The position numbers were made by a program, and so were the translations under genes. A stretch of 64,000 nucleotides of DNA from an uncultured virus (IMG/VR IMGVR_UViG_3300009068_003844) (Duplodnaviria > Heunggongvirae > Uroviricota > Caudoviricetes). Positions 38,529 through 48,075 of this stretch are shown in pieces. Under the pieces are notes generated by a model. That model did not search any database. It was not told the origin of the DNA and saw nothing but the letters and a program-made list of their open reading frames with translations. The stretch lies in the IMG/VR virus record IMGVR_UViG_3300009068_003844; one strand, 5' to 3'. Position 1 is the first letter of the stretch, and each line of letters opens with the position of its first letter.

Positions 38529-39170
38529 GTTTATTTTTCCTCTGCCCTCTCCCTAGTGCCTCTCTCTCCCCACCGTTGGCCCTCTCCCGCCCGTTTCCCG
38601 CTTCTCCTTCCACAGACTCCATGAGCAGTCACAGTCACCTTTTTAAGAAGCTCTTTTAATGGAAAAAATGAAACCTATTGAAGTTGGATTTGATGGAAGT
38701 TTTCAGATATGGTCAAAACACTTACCATCTAAAACCATAGACATAAGACTGGCAGAGTCGCCAACATCTGAAAACTTTTCAGAATCACCGAATCCAAATT
38801 TTCAATTACCTAATACATTTTTATGGATCAGATCAGAAGATCCAAGGTTATTATACAGAAACAAGGATGGCACACTTTATAATGTTAATTTTGAATCTAT
38901 AGCAAAATCTGTTTGAATCAACCACTAAACAAGAAAGGACTTTTTGTTGTGAGTTCTGTTAAAGCCAGTAAGTCAGCAAGGGATTGGGTTGTTGCAACAT
39001 ATTGTGATTATGGTCAAGAGAATAAAAAGAGAGTTCTCAGACTTAGTTATAGTCTAAAATCAAGTAAGGGTGCTTGGGATAAACTCAAGAATTATTTCAG
39101 CAAGAATGGTTATCGTTGTTGGCAAGAGGATAAAAAGGGAAATATCCTAAACGACAGTAGGTCATAGACC

Positions 39171-39845
39171 ATGGAACATTTACAACAAAAATATTGTTTT
39201 TCATTATTAAAAAAATTCAATATTCCTATTGAAACAATAATAGATGTGGGAGTATTTATTGACACTCCTGTTTTGAGAAGTTTTTTCTCAGATAAAACTC
39301 ACATCTTATTTGAACCAATAGAAGAATTTCGGCCAATTATAGAAAATACATACAGAGATATTCAACACAAACTTTATAGTTTTCCTTTATATGAAGAAGA
39401 CTGTGAAGTGAAAATGAAAATTAGTCTTGATGAAAATAAAAAAATTAAACATTCAAGAATAACAAAAGAAGATTGTAAAAATTTTCGTGTAATGCAGGCT
39501 AAAAAGCTAGATTCAGTACTAAAAGACACCGATTTTAAAAAACCTTACTTTCTAAAATTAGATGTCGATGATGCCGAATTAGAAATATTAAAAGGTGCAG
39601 TTGAAACTCTAAAATACTGTTCTGTTATACAGATAGAGATGCACCCGAGAGATTTTCTGGAACGTTCTAATTTTATAGAACAACATGGTTTTAAATTGTT
39701 TGACATAGTGGATAATATTTACTATGAGGGACAATTAAGACAATTCGATATGTTTTTTGTAAAAAGAGATATTTTGATAGAATGTAATAGAGATTTCGAG
39801 AATATGAAACTATTTGATCCAAATTTGTGGAAATCATCTAGATGA
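39171..39845 (+). CDS. FkbM-family SAM methyltransferase
   Basis: IIDVGV, ILFEP, KKLDS, FLKLDVDDAELEILKGA. Confidence 0.8.
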   Translation: MEHLQQKYCFSLLKKFNIPIETIIDVGVFIDTPVLRSFFSDKTHILFEPIEEFRPIIENTYRDIQHKLYSFPLYEEDCEVKMKISLDENKKIKHSRITKEDCKNFRVMQAKKLDSVLKDTDFKKPYFLKLDVDDAELEILKGAVETLKYCSVIQIEMHPRDFLERSNFIEQHGFKLFDIVDNIYYEGQLRQFDMFFVKRDILIECNRDFENMKLFDPNLWKSSR

Positions 39846-40792
39846 TGTAGTATAATCCATCAAGGAAGATGGAGATAGTAATATGAAGTACGGAAACTGT
39901 CTTTTTGGTGCATTTGTTTTATTGTGGACTGAAAGAAAAAACAATCCAAGATTTATAGTTAGATGCAGACCAGAGACCAGAATCCCGCACTTTATGGTAA
40001 TTACCAAAGACTGTCTTTATCATTATAAAATGGTTAAAGATATTTTGCCTTGGCCATTATGCTATATTGTTTTCTTGGGAGAGTTTCAAAAACTTGAGCA
40101 CGATAAAGAATACTTATTTCAAAAAAGAATATGAAGTTTCTTGCGTATTCATTATTGAAAAAACAAACTTTAAAGGAATACAATAATGTCGTGGAATTAC
40201 CGTGTCATTAAAAAAGCAACCAAGATTCCTGGGGGAGGAATTGATATTACTTATACTGTGCATGATGTATATCATGATGAAAATCTAGACATTGTAAACA
40301 TTGGTAAAATATCACTTCCCGTGTCAGATAATGTCGAAGGATTAAAGCACAACTTGAAGAAAATGCTAGAGGCTTGTAAAAAGTCAGTTATTGACTATAA
40401 TACTGGGGAAGAAGTGAATTAACACTCACCTTTGAGTTGATCGCCAAGGGTAACGTCCTTGACCTCTGTTTCCCGTATTTAGGGTTTCAACGTCAGATAA
40501 TGGGGACGTTTTTAATATAAAGTTAAAGGTAGGAATATGAAAAAATATAAAAGTATTGAAGTTCACGAAGATACATTTTGCGATATCTGTGGGAACTCAT
40601 GCAAAGATAAATTGGGTAACTATGAAAGTGCATCCCTAAGTGCAGATTGGGGATATTCTAGTGGTAAAGATGGAACCAGATATGACATTGATCTATGCGA
40701 AAAATGTTTTGATGAAATAATAGAGTTCTTGAAAAGCAAGACATCTCCATCTATTTTTGCATAATTGAACCAACCTTTAATTTGAGGAAAAG

Positions 40793-41140
40793 ATGCCTTA
40801 CATATCAGAAGAAAATAGAAAGCTATTAGACAATTCAATCAGCACTATGGTTATGGCCTTGAAAAGAACCGTAGATGATGGTAATATATTTAGTAAAGAA
40901 CCATTAACTAATGAAGAAGTATTAAAACTTCTTGGAAATATAAACTATTGTTTCTCTAGAGTAGTTTCTAATGTGATGGGAGATGTCTCTTATACTAAAG
41001 TCGCCATGATCACCGGTGTATTAGACAATATAAAGCAAGAGTTTTATAGACGAGTAGCCGAAGATTATGAAGATCTAAAAATCAAGGAGAATGGAGACAT
41101 CCCTGAATATGAACGATATACTAACAGAAAAGATAAGTGA
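40793..41140 (+). CDS. Conserved phage hypothetical protein
   Basis: MPYI...GNINY...GVLDNIKQEFYRRVAEDYEDLKIKENGDI. Confidence 0.65.
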   Translation: MPYISEENRKLLDNSISTMVMALKRTVDDGNIFSKEPLTNEEVLKLLGNINYCFSRVVSNVMGDVSYTKVAMITGVLDNIKQEFYRRVAEDYEDLKIKENGDIPEYERYTNRKDK

Positions 41141-41430
41141 AAAGCCAGTCAGGATGATTGAAAAGGCTTGCTATTTCAATCAAATGAGGTCAGATGGAGA
41201 CACTTGGCGTATTCATGGCGTTGTGGATGGAACGGAATTGATGCCTAGTCGCCCAATCGGTTTCGATAAAGATAAAAATATATTCGAAACCAAGAACACA
41301 ATTTATAAGGTTGTGTCTTGGGGAACTATGACCAAGTGCATTGATGAAGAATTCTGGAAGCAAGTGGAACAGGACATTAAAGAGAGTAGGCAGCGAATTA
41401 ATAGTTACCAAAATTTAAAAAGGTTCAGTC

Positions 41431-42084
41431 TTGATCAAGATCATTAAAGAAATTGTTTCAAAAGAAACTCATTGCTATGTTGCCGTAAGCATGGGTGTCG
41501 ATAGCGTATCTTCTTTATTTTGGTTGAGAAGCAAGGGATACAACATTACTCCATTGCACTTTAATCATAATCTAAGAGAACAGAACCATGCCATGGAAAA
41601 TAAGTTCCATGAACTTTGTGGTAAATTAGGATTAAAGGGCATTGTGGGTAAGGGCCAAAATTTAAAAACAGAAAAAGATTGCAGGGAGGCCCGCTTAAAT
41701 TTTTATAAAGAGGTTGTGGATTACGAAGGTTATGTAATCACTGCTCATCATCTCAATGATTATGTGGAAAGCTATTTAATTAATTGTTTTCGTGGACAAC
41801 CCAATCACAATCCTTTTGAATTAATTAGCGAGTTCGATGGATTCAAGATCATCCATCCTTTTCTATTAAGTAAGAAAAAAGATTTTCAAGAGTACGTTGA
41901 CAGGAATAAATGGAATTGCTATACTGTGGAGGACGAAACCAATAAGGTTGTCAAAGGAAGCAGAAGAAATTGGATTCGTCAAACAATCATTCCAGAAATG
42001 AAAAAACAAAAGTTAAGTCTAGAAAAATATTGTTCAAGGAGAATTGAAAAAAACTTGAAGAATAAGACGGTAATTCTAGACTAG
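41431..42084 (+). CDS. tilS: tRNA(Ile)-lysidine synthetase-like, PP-loop domain only
   Basis: VAVSMGVDS, LHFNHNLR, EKDCREARLNF, ITAHHLNDYVESYL, SRRNWIRQTIIP; CAU tRNA starts 17 nt downstream. Confidence 0.85.
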   Translation: MIKIIKEIVSKETHCYVAVSMGVDSVSSLFWLRSKGYNITPLHFNHNLREQNHAMENKFHELCGKLGLKGIVGKGQNLKTEKDCREARLNFYKEVVDYEGYVITAHHLNDYVESYLINCFRGQPNHNPFELISEFDGFKIIHPFLLSKKKDFQEYVDRNKWNCYTVEDETNKVVKGSRRNWIRQTIIPEMKKQKLSLEKYCSRRIEKNLKNKTVILD

Positions 42085-42100
42085 CACAGTTGGTTAATTT

Positions 42101-42364
42101 CCGAAGGTAGCAAAACGGTTAATGCAACAAACTCATGAATTTTCGTGCCATACGATTGGAAACTTCGTATGGGATGTCGTCAAATTCGGTGAAACCTAAA
42201 TGCGTGAGCATATGGCAATGCCGAGCGAAGCCCGTAAGGGAACGTGTAGAGACTTAACGGCGACCACCTAAATCGTAAGATATGGTGAAGACAAAGTCCA
42301 AGGAGTGGTGAAAATCACACAAACTTGAATTTGTAGACTGTGGGTTCGAATCCCACCCTTCGGA
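42101..42364 (+). tRNA. tRNA(CAU), probably Ile2, interrupted by a group I intron
   Basis: Exons 42101-42136 and 42328-42364: CCGAAGG/CCTTCGG, ACAAA-CTCATAA-TTTGT, GTGGG-TTCGAAT-CCCAC. Ile2 inferred from adjacent tilS. Confidence 0.85.
42137..42327 (+). ncRNA. Compact group I intron (191 nt) after U36
   Basis: CAT^ exon end, terminal G; core AAATTCGGTGAA, AATGCCGAGC, GTAGAGACT, AAGACAAAGTCC. Confidence 0.88.
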
Positions 42365-42368
42365 CGTA

Positions 42369-42410
42369 ACACGAGGCTGCTTGACAATATCAAGCAGCCT
42401 CGTGTCTTTT
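42369..42410. terminator. Perfect 16-bp hairpin between the tRNA and the convergent HNH gene
   Basis: ACACGAGGCTGCTTGA-CAATA-TCAAGCAGCCTCGTGT. Confidence 0.8.
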
Positions 42411-43071
42411 AATAGCTCTTAAGCCATTTTCTCACTGCATTATCTGATACACCATATTTTTTGCCTACCTTTACAAAATTCATTTCAGACAAGTCTTTCT
42501 CAAGTTGTTCTTTGGAGGGCCGCTCTACTCTTCTAGAGTTTAAGCGATAACATTTATCGGAACAAAATTTTCTTTTGTGTTTATCGGGTTGATATTCTAC
42601 GCCGCATCGCTCGCAATTCATGGGTTTAAGAAGGTGCTGATTTACTTCGGTTTGATTGAATTGAACGAAATCATCCATTATTTTATTTGCATTTTCGGCC
42701 TCAAATTGTGGATGATGAATTTCCATATGACAATTCATGCACACCAAATCACACTTCTCCGCCTCCAGAACTAAAGACTTCCAAGACATATTTGAACATG
42801 CTCTAGAGTCAAGACCGTGTGATTTTTTCTTTGGATCTCTGTGATGAAAGGCCATGGCTGCATAGTTCTTTTTGTATCCACATACCTTACACGACATTCC
42901 CTTCATCTTCATTAATTGCATTTTTTTTGAAACGCCCCGTCTGTGCTGATTTTTGTAATTTTGATGTTTTGAATTACTTGATTTTAGTACGCATTCAGTA
43001 GAGCAAAACTTTCTTCTTGTTCCTTTAAGAGCTCGTCCACAAGAAGGACATAAATTATGATTTGATTTCAT
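42409..43071 (-). CDS. Free-standing HNH-like endonuclease with zinc-binding motifs and C-terminal HTH
   Basis: CKVCGY, AFHHRDP, EAEKCDLVCMNCHMEIH, two FCS..C motifs, VGKKYGVSDNAVRKW. Confidence 0.8.
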   Translation of the reverse strand: MKSNHNLCPSCGRALKGTRRKFCSTECVLKSSNSKHQNYKNQHRRGVSKKMQLMKMKGMSCKVCGYKKNYAAMAFHHRDPKKKSHGLDSRACSNMSWKSLVLEAEKCDLVCMNCHMEIHHPQFEAENANKIMDDFVQFNQTEVNQHLLKPMNCERCGVEYQPDKHKRKFCSDKCYRLNSRRVERPSKEQLEKDLSEMNFVKVGKKYGVSDNAVRKWLKSY

Positions 43072-43166
43072 AATTTATATAGTATTTAGCCCTCCATTTT
43101 ATGCGTTATATTATACTTGAAAAACTTACCACCCAAGCTATAATAAACTCATTAGAAAGCACAATT

Positions 43167-43643
43167 ATGTCTCAAAAAAAAATACAAACTGAAGAACCTG
43201 ATGAACACTGGTCTTTTTTAGATTTTAAAGATAAAGTTGTTTTGGATTTGGGTTGTGGCAAATTTTATTCATCAATATCCACCGCCCAGTGGTTTTTAAA
43301 TAAAGGCGCACTTAAGGTTATTGGTGTAGATTTAAGTAAAGAAAATATTGATAACGATAGGTTTGTATCTTATGCCAAGGCAATAAGATCCTCAAAAGAT
43401 CTGGAATATTTTTTAAAATATGAGCCAGAAGTAATTAAGTGTGATATAGAGGGCGCCGAGATATACTTTAGAGATATTCCCTCTTTGCCTTCTGTCAAGC
43501 AAATCGCTTTTGAGTATCACTGTCCTGCTACAAAGAAGGTTTGCGAAGAATCTTTCATAAGATGGGGCTTTGAAAACATAGTTCAATACCAACTTTTTAA
43601 CGAGAGTACGGACAGAATTGGAGTATACTATGCTTCCAAATAA
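43167..43643 (+). CDS. Class I SAM-dependent methyltransferase (FkbM-like)
   Basis: VVLDLGCG, VIGVD, VIKCDIEGAE. Confidence 0.75.
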   Translation: MSQKKIQTEEPDEHWSFLDFKDKVVLDLGCGKFYSSISTAQWFLNKGALKVIGVDLSKENIDNDRFVSYAKAIRSSKDLEYFLKYEPEVIKCDIEGAEIYFRDIPSLPSVKQIAFEYHCPATKKVCEESFIRWGFENIVQYQLFNESTDRIGVYYASK

Positions 43644-43907
43644 ATCAGTCTTGATCTTGTCTTCTTCTTTGGTTCTTGGCATCCTTTTTGTTTTCTTTTT
43701 GGAAACTAGGATATCTAGATCCACTATAGAAGAAAAACAAGCACTTTATCAAAGTGGTTTAAAAGAGGGCAAACTAGCCTTCTCTGCGAAAGAAAACATG
43801 TTTCCAATTGATGATAATATGGTTTATGCCAATTGCACAACCTTCTTAAAATCAAAAGAAGAAGTTGAAGGATTTATAGAGGGATATACTTCTTTTTCAA
43901 AATCTAA

Positions 43908-44615
43908 TTAATTTTTTATTATATCTTTGACTTCTATCTTTCCAAAGTAGGTATTGGGATCAGAGGCGTAATTGTTGGCCAAGTGATATGAATAGCACAA
44001 TTCGCTTATTTGATTGTTTTCTATTCTAACCATGGGAGTTTTACCTAATCCCCACATAGGATAAGAAGCAGCATTTTCTCTTGATGTATCTAGCTTGGTA
44101 AAATTTGGAGTTATGCTTTCTTTTAGTTGTTTCTTCGGCATAATCCAAAAAGCATGATATGGTTGTGATAAAGTCATGAAAGATTTACCATTAACTGATG
44201 TTGTATTAATTGATTGTTGACTGGTAATGTCAGTTACGAATTTCTTTCCATTGTGATGTTCAACTCTAATAAAAGATGGAACACGTCCCAATTTCCATAA
44301 TTCATCAAAATTTGATATGTATTCATTGAATGCATCGTAGGTCACCAACATATCATCTTCAACATACATAAAATAATCATAATTATCAATATTATCTATA
44401 AAGTGTTTTCTGTGCACCCATGTTAAATGATAAGGATGCTCTAAATTATGCACACATACTTTAGCGTTTAAATTTATATATTTATTAGAATCTACAATAA
44501 TATCAACATCCGCTTTGTAGGTAGCGTAATTATTCAATAATTGTTTTACGTAATCTATCCTTTTTTCAACATAGTGAAATGCAATGCAAACTAATATTTT
44601 AGATTTTACTTCCAT
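43908..44615 (-). CDS. Putative glycosyltransferase-like protein
   Basis: YDYFMYVEDD (DxD-like). Confidence 0.5.
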   Translation of the reverse strand: MEVKSKILVCIAFHYVEKRIDYVKQLLNNYATYKADVDIIVDSNKYINLNAKVCVHNLEHPYHLTWVHRKHFIDNIDNYDYFMYVEDDMLVTYDAFNEYISNFDELWKLGRVPSFIRVEHHNGKKFVTDITSQQSINTTSVNGKSFMTLSQPYHAFWIMPKKQLKESITPNFTKLDTSRENAASYPMWGLGKTPMVRIENNQISELCYSYHLANNYASDPNTYFGKIEVKDIIKN

Positions 44616-44670
44616 GTGTTTATGTATTATTTTATAAAATTTTTTAAAAACCATCAAACTTGCACCTAAA

Positions 44671-44689
44671 GTTTCTTTTTGGTACGGTC
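44671..44689 (+). promoter_or_regulatory. Phage motif copy GTTTCTTTTTGGTACGGTC
   Basis: Intergenic, before ATG 44729. Confidence 0.65.
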
Positions 44690-44728
44690 TGGTCTCAGCC
44701 TCCAACCAAAAATCAAAGGACTACAGAT

Positions 44729-45001
44729 ATGAAGATTGTTGCTGCTTTTATCCTGATGATCGTTGCTTGTGCTTCGGTTCACACTTCTTATGCTTCTGAT
44801 CCCATCAAGATTAGCGACTCTGATATTGATAAGATTCTTAAGGCAAAGGAAATTGTTCGGGGAATGGTGAATTATCCCGACACCCTTGTTTTTCATGAGT
44901 TCTCCACTAAGGTCAATGGCAATACTGTGACGCTCAAGTTTACTGCAAAGAACGCATATGGTGTTCCTGAGACTCACACCAAGGACATTAAGGTTGACTG
45001 A
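44729..45001 (+). CDS. Small secreted protein
   Basis: Signal peptide MKIVAAFILMIVACASVHTSYA; FTAKNAYG. Confidence 0.65.
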   Translation: MKIVAAFILMIVACASVHTSYASDPIKISDSDIDKILKAKEIVRGMVNYPDTLVFHEFSTKVNGNTVTLKFTAKNAYGVPETHTKDIKVD

Positions 45002-45043
45002 AGTCAACATAATTAACTCCCTACAAAATTAGCCCGCAAGATC

Positions 45044-45080
45044 CGCTAGGCCCATAGAGAAATTTATGGGCCTAGCGTTT
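45044..45080 (+). terminator. Stem-loop terminator
   Basis: CGCTAGGCCCATA / TATGGGCCTAGCG. Confidence 0.7.
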
Positions 45081-45097
45081 GGGCATTTATACCTATC

Positions 45098-45601
45098 ATG
45101 AAAATTGAAAAAGATTGGATTACAAAGGCTGGTCTTAGAGCCATTGTAATATTTAACCAAAATGGACAATATCGCTGTGGTTATGTGGGTGTAGAAAAAG
45201 ATAGCGGCTACTATGGGGTGGAAAACACTGATATTGATGAATACTTAACTGTTCATGGTGGTGTTACATTTTCCGGCCATTTAAACGGCCTGCCGGAAAA
45301 TATTTGGTGGATCGGTTATGATTGTGCCCACAGCGGCGATCTTGTTAAATGGACAGATTCTTGGTCAAAGGGAGTGGAACGCTCCTTGAAATACTGTGTA
45401 AAAGAATGTGAAAGCCTTGCACTTCAGCTTTCCTATATTCCAATGAAAAATTATTTTTATGCCATTAATATTTCAAAAGGCAAACTTCCAGAAGATATGC
45501 ACAAACAAATGCTTCTTCTTTCATTGGAAGCTCCCAATGGTTACTTTTTAAAAGATTACTTTGTAAAAGCTTACTTTCAATTTATTGGAGAAAAAGTTTG
45601 A
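45098..45601 (+). CDS. Conserved phage hypothetical protein
   Basis: RCGYVGV, VHGGVTFS, WWIGYDCAH. Confidence 0.7.
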   Translation: MKIEKDWITKAGLRAIVIFNQNGQYRCGYVGVEKDSGYYGVENTDIDEYLTVHGGVTFSGHLNGLPENIWWIGYDCAHSGDLVKWTDSWSKGVERSLKYCVKECESLALQLSYIPMKNYFYAINISKGKLPEDMHKQMLLLSLEAPNGYFLKDYFVKAYFQFIGEKV

Positions 45602-46353
45602 ACAAGAGAGTTGCTAAAACTTTTCATCAACTGATGAAAAACGGCTGGTCTCCAGTAAGTTACAAGCATCATCCGGAGCATATCAAGAAAGCAATAAGTC
45701 TTGCTCACTTTCGGCCTGCTGCCAAACAGTGCTTTGCAAATAGTCAAAAACTATTAACTGACCAGAATGTAATTGAACTATTGTATGCGGAAGGTATTGT
45801 GATTGGATTAAGTGGTATTTTTATTGAGCATGCTTGGGTAATAGATTCAAATGGTATCAATCATGATATTACTTTGGACCCTGCTCCTAAAATAATTTGC
45901 AATCAAATTTTTTCTACCAAAGAGGTTTACGCAAATATGGTGAAAACTGGTTGTTATACACCACTGGATCAAAATTGGCTTGATATTATGAAGACCGCAT
46001 GTTATTTTGGTGTTCCTACAAATCTTCCTCTAGAGGAAGTAGAAGAAAAAGTTAAAAATCAATTTCAATTTCTCAAAGATATGAACCAAAAAATAGTGAA
46101 GTAAAATGGAACACCTAAAAGACTTAAAGATTCTTCCTACCGATTATTTTGAGTATGGAGGACAAATTGAACGATGGAAAGATAAAACCAAAGACTATCC
46201 TGATTGTAGTCTTGGGTGCAAACATTTTGTAAAAAGTAATTCAAACAAAGATTCACTTGGCTATAATTGGGGAGTTTGCACTAATGCCAAAAGCCCAAGA
46301 AATGGATTATTAACATTTGAGCATATGGCTGGGTACGGTTGTTTTGAGAAGTA

Positions 46354-46372
46354 GTTTCCCTCCGGTACGGTT
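46354..46372 (+). promoter_or_regulatory. Phage motif copy GTTTCCCTCCGGTACGGTT
   Basis: Intergenic, before 46394. Confidence 0.7.
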
Positions 46373-46393
46373 TGAGACTGTGGGGACGCCAAA

Positions 46394-46834
46394 ATGAAAA
46401 TCATTTTCTTAGATGTTGATGGGGTTCTAAACACTCCAAAAACAATAAAAAAGTTTGGTTTTGATTTTATTGATAACATTCTTGTGGCTCTTGTCGCAAG
46501 AATTGTCAGAGAAACAGAAGCAAAAATTGTTCTTTCTTCAACTTGGAGAGTTCAAGAAAAAGATAAAAATATTGTTATTCAAGCACTCAGTCAACATGGA
46601 CTTGAACTTTTTGATTGCACTCCCGTAATTGAAAGGTCAGAAGGATGGACAGAAGGTGGATGGGTCAGGAGAAACGAAGAAATACAGGCATGGCTAAATA
46701 ACAATCAAGCACAAAAGTTTGCAATATTAGATGATTTTGATGATGCTTGTATTGAAGGAAGTTTTTTTCAAACCGATGAAAACATAGGATTGACCGTTCC
46801 GATTACAGAAAAAATTATTGAACACCTAAAATAA
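46394..46834 (+). CDS. HAD-domain protein (Swiss-army-knife RNA-repair type)
   Basis: IFLDVDGVLN, IVLSSTWR, EIQAWL, FAILDD. Confidence 0.8.
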   Translation: MKIIFLDVDGVLNTPKTIKKFGFDFIDNILVALVARIVRETEAKIVLSSTWRVQEKDKNIVIQALSQHGLELFDCTPVIERSEGWTEGGWVRRNEEIQAWLNNNQAQKFAILDDFDDACIEGSFFQTDENIGLTVPITEKIIEHLK

Positions 46835-47352
46835 TATTATGAAAAATCCAATGAAAAAGTCAGAAATTTTGGCGAGTCTTAAAAAGAATTATCCCAACAC
46901 TGGATTCATTACTATCTCTTATGAGGGAAGTGGAGATAGTTTCAATGATTTCTACGACTGCAACGCCTATGCTAAGTGTAGTTTGAAAAATCCTAAACTT
47001 TTGGATAGTTTTAGTGAAAAAGGCCGACCGCAAAGCGAAGACCTTGAAAATATAAGCAAAGATCTTCATGAGACTAAAAACATTCTGGATAGTTGTATTT
47101 GGAGTGTTCTTGAAAGTCATGATGAAGTGAATTTTAACAACGATGGTTGCGAGGGCGAAATTACATTTGATCTAGATAATGATAAGATCATTGTTTATAA
47201 TCGCTACCGTGTAACAGAAACAGTAGACTCTCCTGACTACGAATACAAGGCAGGTGATTTTGAATAATATAAATCTGGCTCGGCATCACCGCACAGGCTT
47301 CATTAACGCAAATTATCTTAACAACAATAATCACTCAACCAATAATTATAAA

Positions 47353-47994
47353 ATGAATAATACTAAGGCTGCCCCTAAACTCTCACCTAGTCAAGAAGCA
47401 CTTATAACCGCCCTCAATGAAGGAAAGCGAAACAAGGATCTTGAAAATATTATCCTTGAAGATGCTCAATGTTGTGTTGATTATGCGAGGTATATAATTA
47501 AGGGTCGTTGGCCGGAAGCAGAAGATGTTATCGTTAATGCCCCGATTAACACTAAGGTTCTTGGAGAAAAAGGTTGGGGGCGAACCAAGACATTAATCTA
47601 TGTTTATACCAACTTGATTAAAGATCGCTTCCATAAAGCAGAAGAAAAGATGACTATTGATAAGGGGTGGTGGGGACATAGTTACGCCTACACTAAACTT
47701 ATTATTAGGCTTAAGGGTGAAATTGTAGATTTTAATAAGCCCGGTATTGTTGTGTGGCTGATGGATGATATTAATAAGGGTAAAATTGGCAAGCGAATCA
47801 AGACTGAAAAGAAGTGGGAAATTCTCGATCAACTACATAAGAGAATTACCTTGTTCGCTTTTAGCCACCCAGGGGATCGTAATATTAAGAAATATGTCAA
47901 TGAGCAGAAAAAGGTCAAGCAATCTATGATGCTTGAACTTCGTCGGCAAGATAAGGATATGACTGTCGGACAGTTGATTGAAAAGTTGAAGTAA
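47353..47994 (+). CDS. Hypothetical protein with YARYIIKGRWPEAE helical repeat
   Basis: Same repeat as 30734-31612. Confidence 0.65.
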   Translation: MNNTKAAPKLSPSQEALITALNEGKRNKDLENIILEDAQCCVDYARYIIKGRWPEAEDVIVNAPINTKVLGEKGWGRTKTLIYVYTNLIKDRFHKAEEKMTIDKGWWGHSYAYTKLIIRLKGEIVDFNKPGIVVWLMDDINKGKIGKRIKTEKKWEILDQLHKRITLFAFSHPGDRNIKKYVNEQKKVKQSMMLELRRQDKDMTVGQLIEKLK

Positions 47995-48075
47995 TGGAAT
48001 ATCCTGACTTACAACCTTGGTTTGATAATCCATCTGATGAATATCATGAGTTGGTTTGTGTAGAAGAATTTCCAT

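Noticed and set aside
38401..38622. Minus-strand 73-aa ORF
   Set aside because: It is antisense to tRNA-Tyr and the C/T tract, so it is a shadow ORF.
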